Made by a program: the position numbers and the translations under genes. A DNA stretch of 63,779 bases, the filler included, from Octopus bimaculoides (taxonomy: Eukaryota): assembly GCF_001194135.2 (NCBI RefSeq). It is 6 parts of 6 records of this genome, joined end to end, with 100 filler letters (N's around TTAATTAATTAA, not from the genome) between each part and the next. Parts side by side here need not be neighbours in the genome. Positions count along the whole stretch, not along the records: positions 58,795 to 62,322 come from NC_068983.1; positions 62,423 to 63,779 come from NW_026314023.1; 4 more parts are not named here. One strand, 5' to 3'. How positions within the stretch are numbered: the stretch's first letter is position 1; each line of letters opens with the position of its first letter. The notes beneath the pieces are model-generated. The model saw only the letters and a program-made list of their open reading frames with translations, was not told the DNA's origin and did not search any database. This document shows positions 61,190 through 63,779 of the stretch, piece by piece.

Positions 61190-62810
61190 NNNNNNNNNNN
61201 NNNNNNNNNNNNNNNNNNNNNNNNNNNNNNNNNNNNNNNNNNNNNNNNNNNNNNNNNNNNNNNNNNNNNNNNNNNNNNNNNNNNNNNNNNNNNNNNNNNN
61301 NNNNNNNNNNNNNNNNNNNNNNNNNNNNNNNNNNNNNNNNNNNNNNNNNNNNNNNNNNNNNNNNNNNNNNNNNNNNNNNNNNNNNNNNNNNNNNNNNNNN
61401 NNNNNNNNNNNNNNNNNNNNNNNNNNNNNNNNNNNNNNNNNNNNNNNNNNNNNNNNNNNNNNNNNNNNNNNNNNNNNNNNNNNNNNNNNNNNNNNNNNNN
61501 NNNNNNNNNNNNNNNNNNNNNNNNNNNNNNNNNNNNNNNNNNNNNNNNNNNNNNNNNNNNNNNNNNNNNNNNNNNNNNNNNNNNNNNNNNNNNNNNNNNN
61601 NNNNNNNNNNNNNNNNNNNNATATATATATATATATATATATATATAAACATACACGCACATGCACACAGTCTTACTTTATCCTTATCAGTTCGTTCATG
61701 TTATATTTTCGTTGTTTCACTGGTACTCTACTGTTTCGTGATGATGTATGTATTGCTGATCATTAAAATATACTGGCTTTTCGTTTGATTAACTATGTAA
61801 TAAAGACATCGTAGCAATTACGAAATCATCTGTAAGATCGTTTTGCCAGAAAACGATCTCATCTCCACAGTAATCATTTCGTCAAGAGACACCTGACTGA
61901 TTCTTCGAAAGTGATGTAGTATTGTTGTTGTCATTGTTATTGCTGTTGTTAGTGGTGGTGGGGGTGGTATTTATGTTGTTGTTATTGTTATTGTTGTTGC
62001 ATAGTAAAGAAACAAAAGCTTCTCTAGTCGTAAAACTGAAAGCCAAAAGGCACATTGTAATGATTTTCCAGACGTTTATGGTTGCACATTGTATGAGAAT
62101 CTTGCCTGGTATCTTAGTTGTTTACAAATACTTGTATCCATACTCCCCACTCCACTTTACACGTAAAAACACACACGCGCGCGCACACACACAGACACAC
62201 ACACATGGACACAGACATACACATGCGTACAAACATACATACATACATACACACAGATGCTCTCCCATGCGCGTACACCCACTTATAAGCACAAATGTAT
62301 GCAATACGTGCGTGTATATATANNNNNNNNNNNNNNNNNNNNNNNNNNNNNNNNNNNNNNNNNNNNTTAATTAATTAANNNNNNNNNNNNNNNNNNNNNN
62401 NNNNNNNNNNNNNNNNNNNNNNATATATATATATATATATGTATATATATTAATCTATATATGTATATTATCTTTATATCTCAATGAATGTATATATATA
62501 TATATATCTCATATATATGTATATCAATATATATCTCATATATATGTATATCAATATATATATATATTTATTTATATCCCAATATATATATACACAAATA
62601 TGTACATATATATACACAAATATGTACATATATGTACATAAATTTATATATATATATGTACATGTATCTAAGCATACGAAAATATTCTATTTGTATTATA
62701 TACATGTGGATAGGTACATGTATAAGTATACACCACAAAAGTAAACAAAGACAGAAAGGCATGGGTTCATTTTCAGGTTCTGTAGGTTTCATACTTTCTA
62801 AGTGTTAGTT

Positions 62811-62851
<41 letters not shown>

Positions 62852-63085
62852 ATAGACACACACATACGCACGAAGCATTAGAAAGAGGCAAAAAGATAGT
62901 GTATACATACATATATATACACATATACATGCACACATATATAAACACATATATACACACACATATATATATATATATACACATCTTCATATACATATAT
63001 ATATATCTACACACATATATATACATATATATCTACATACATACATACATATATATCTACATACATACATATATATATATCTACA

Positions 63086-63117
<32 letters not shown>

Positions 63118-63330
63118 CATACGTGCATAGATATGTCGATGGGTATATGTACTTTTGTGCGTGCACACACAATGACACGCTCATATTTGTGTATATGTAC
63201 ATTTTGCGTGTATATATATGTATGTTCATGTCTATATATTTGTTTACACATCTGCATTGCATACTATACCATGGCACACACCTACAATATATCATCATGG
63301 TTACTCACAGACACACATGGACACGAGGCA

Positions 63331-63372
<42 letters not shown>

Positions 63373-63374
<2 letters not shown>

Positions 63375-63520
63375 ACCGTGTTTTTCTCCTTGTCTCCGTA
63401 TTCTTTCTGTTGAAGAGCGTAGCTCGAAACGTCAAAGACTTTCCGTATTCCCGAGCGTCATACTAATATATACTTTTGTTATTTACACCACCTGTCCTCG
63501 TCTGTTGTTGTTATTTGTAT
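63373..63520 (+). mobile_element. Penelope-like terminal fragment of a second family
   Basis: GAAGAGCGTAGCTCGAAACGTC motif embedded between (TA)n tracts. Confidence 0.55.
63402..63438 (+). ncRNA. minimal hammerhead-like motif with a variant core (CUGUUGA)
   Basis: TCTTT-CTGTTGA-A-GAGC(GTA)GCTC-GAAAC-GTC-AAAGA: stem I 5/5, stem II 4/4, loopless stem III, GUC triplet; core position 6 is U instead of A. Confidence 0.55.
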
Positions 63521-63528
63521 ATTCTCCC

Positions 63529-63560
<32 letters not shown>

Positions 63561-63779
63561 CTGTATATAATACACGTTTATCTGTGTATGTATATATATA
63601 TATATACACTCACATACGCATAGATTGACACATATGAATGTGTACTCGTATCTATAAGTTTGCGCATAATCGTTGATCCACATACACATCAGCACATCTA
63701 TGCTACAAATATATGCACATACATACTACTATATATATATATATACACATATATATACATACATACATATATATATATA

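Overview
AT-rich eukaryotic DNA dense in microsatellites and transposable elements. The SINE families, simple-repeat load and TE spectrum look like a coleoid cephalopod, probably Octopus; this is recognition, not a search result. There is no intact multi-domain ORF, and most long ORFs in the track are microsatellite or N-run artefacts. Supported content: (i) at least five tRNA-derived SINE families in many copies; (ii) a decayed but structurally complete Ty3/Gypsy LTR element (36117-39905, minus) with a GAAAT target-site duplication, inserted inside a ~77-bp minisatellite; (iii) three head-to-tail R4/Dong-type RLE LINEs (44770-~53000, minus) joined at (TAA)n tracts, plus further R4/Dong, L1/Tx1 and RTE remnants; (iv) a Chapaev3-like transposase remnant, mariner remnants and several MITEs or foldbacks, one carrying (TTAGGG)n; (v) Penelope-like termini that fold as minimal type I hammerhead ribozymes, one pair arranged as an inverted repeat around a tRNA-derived SINE head (1000-1368); (vi) two phase-compatible candidate small exons of an unidentified + strand gene (33379-33423, 40067-40140). 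Five 100-bp N44-TTAATTAATTAA-N44 blocks are artificial contig joins, so adjacency across them is unverified.
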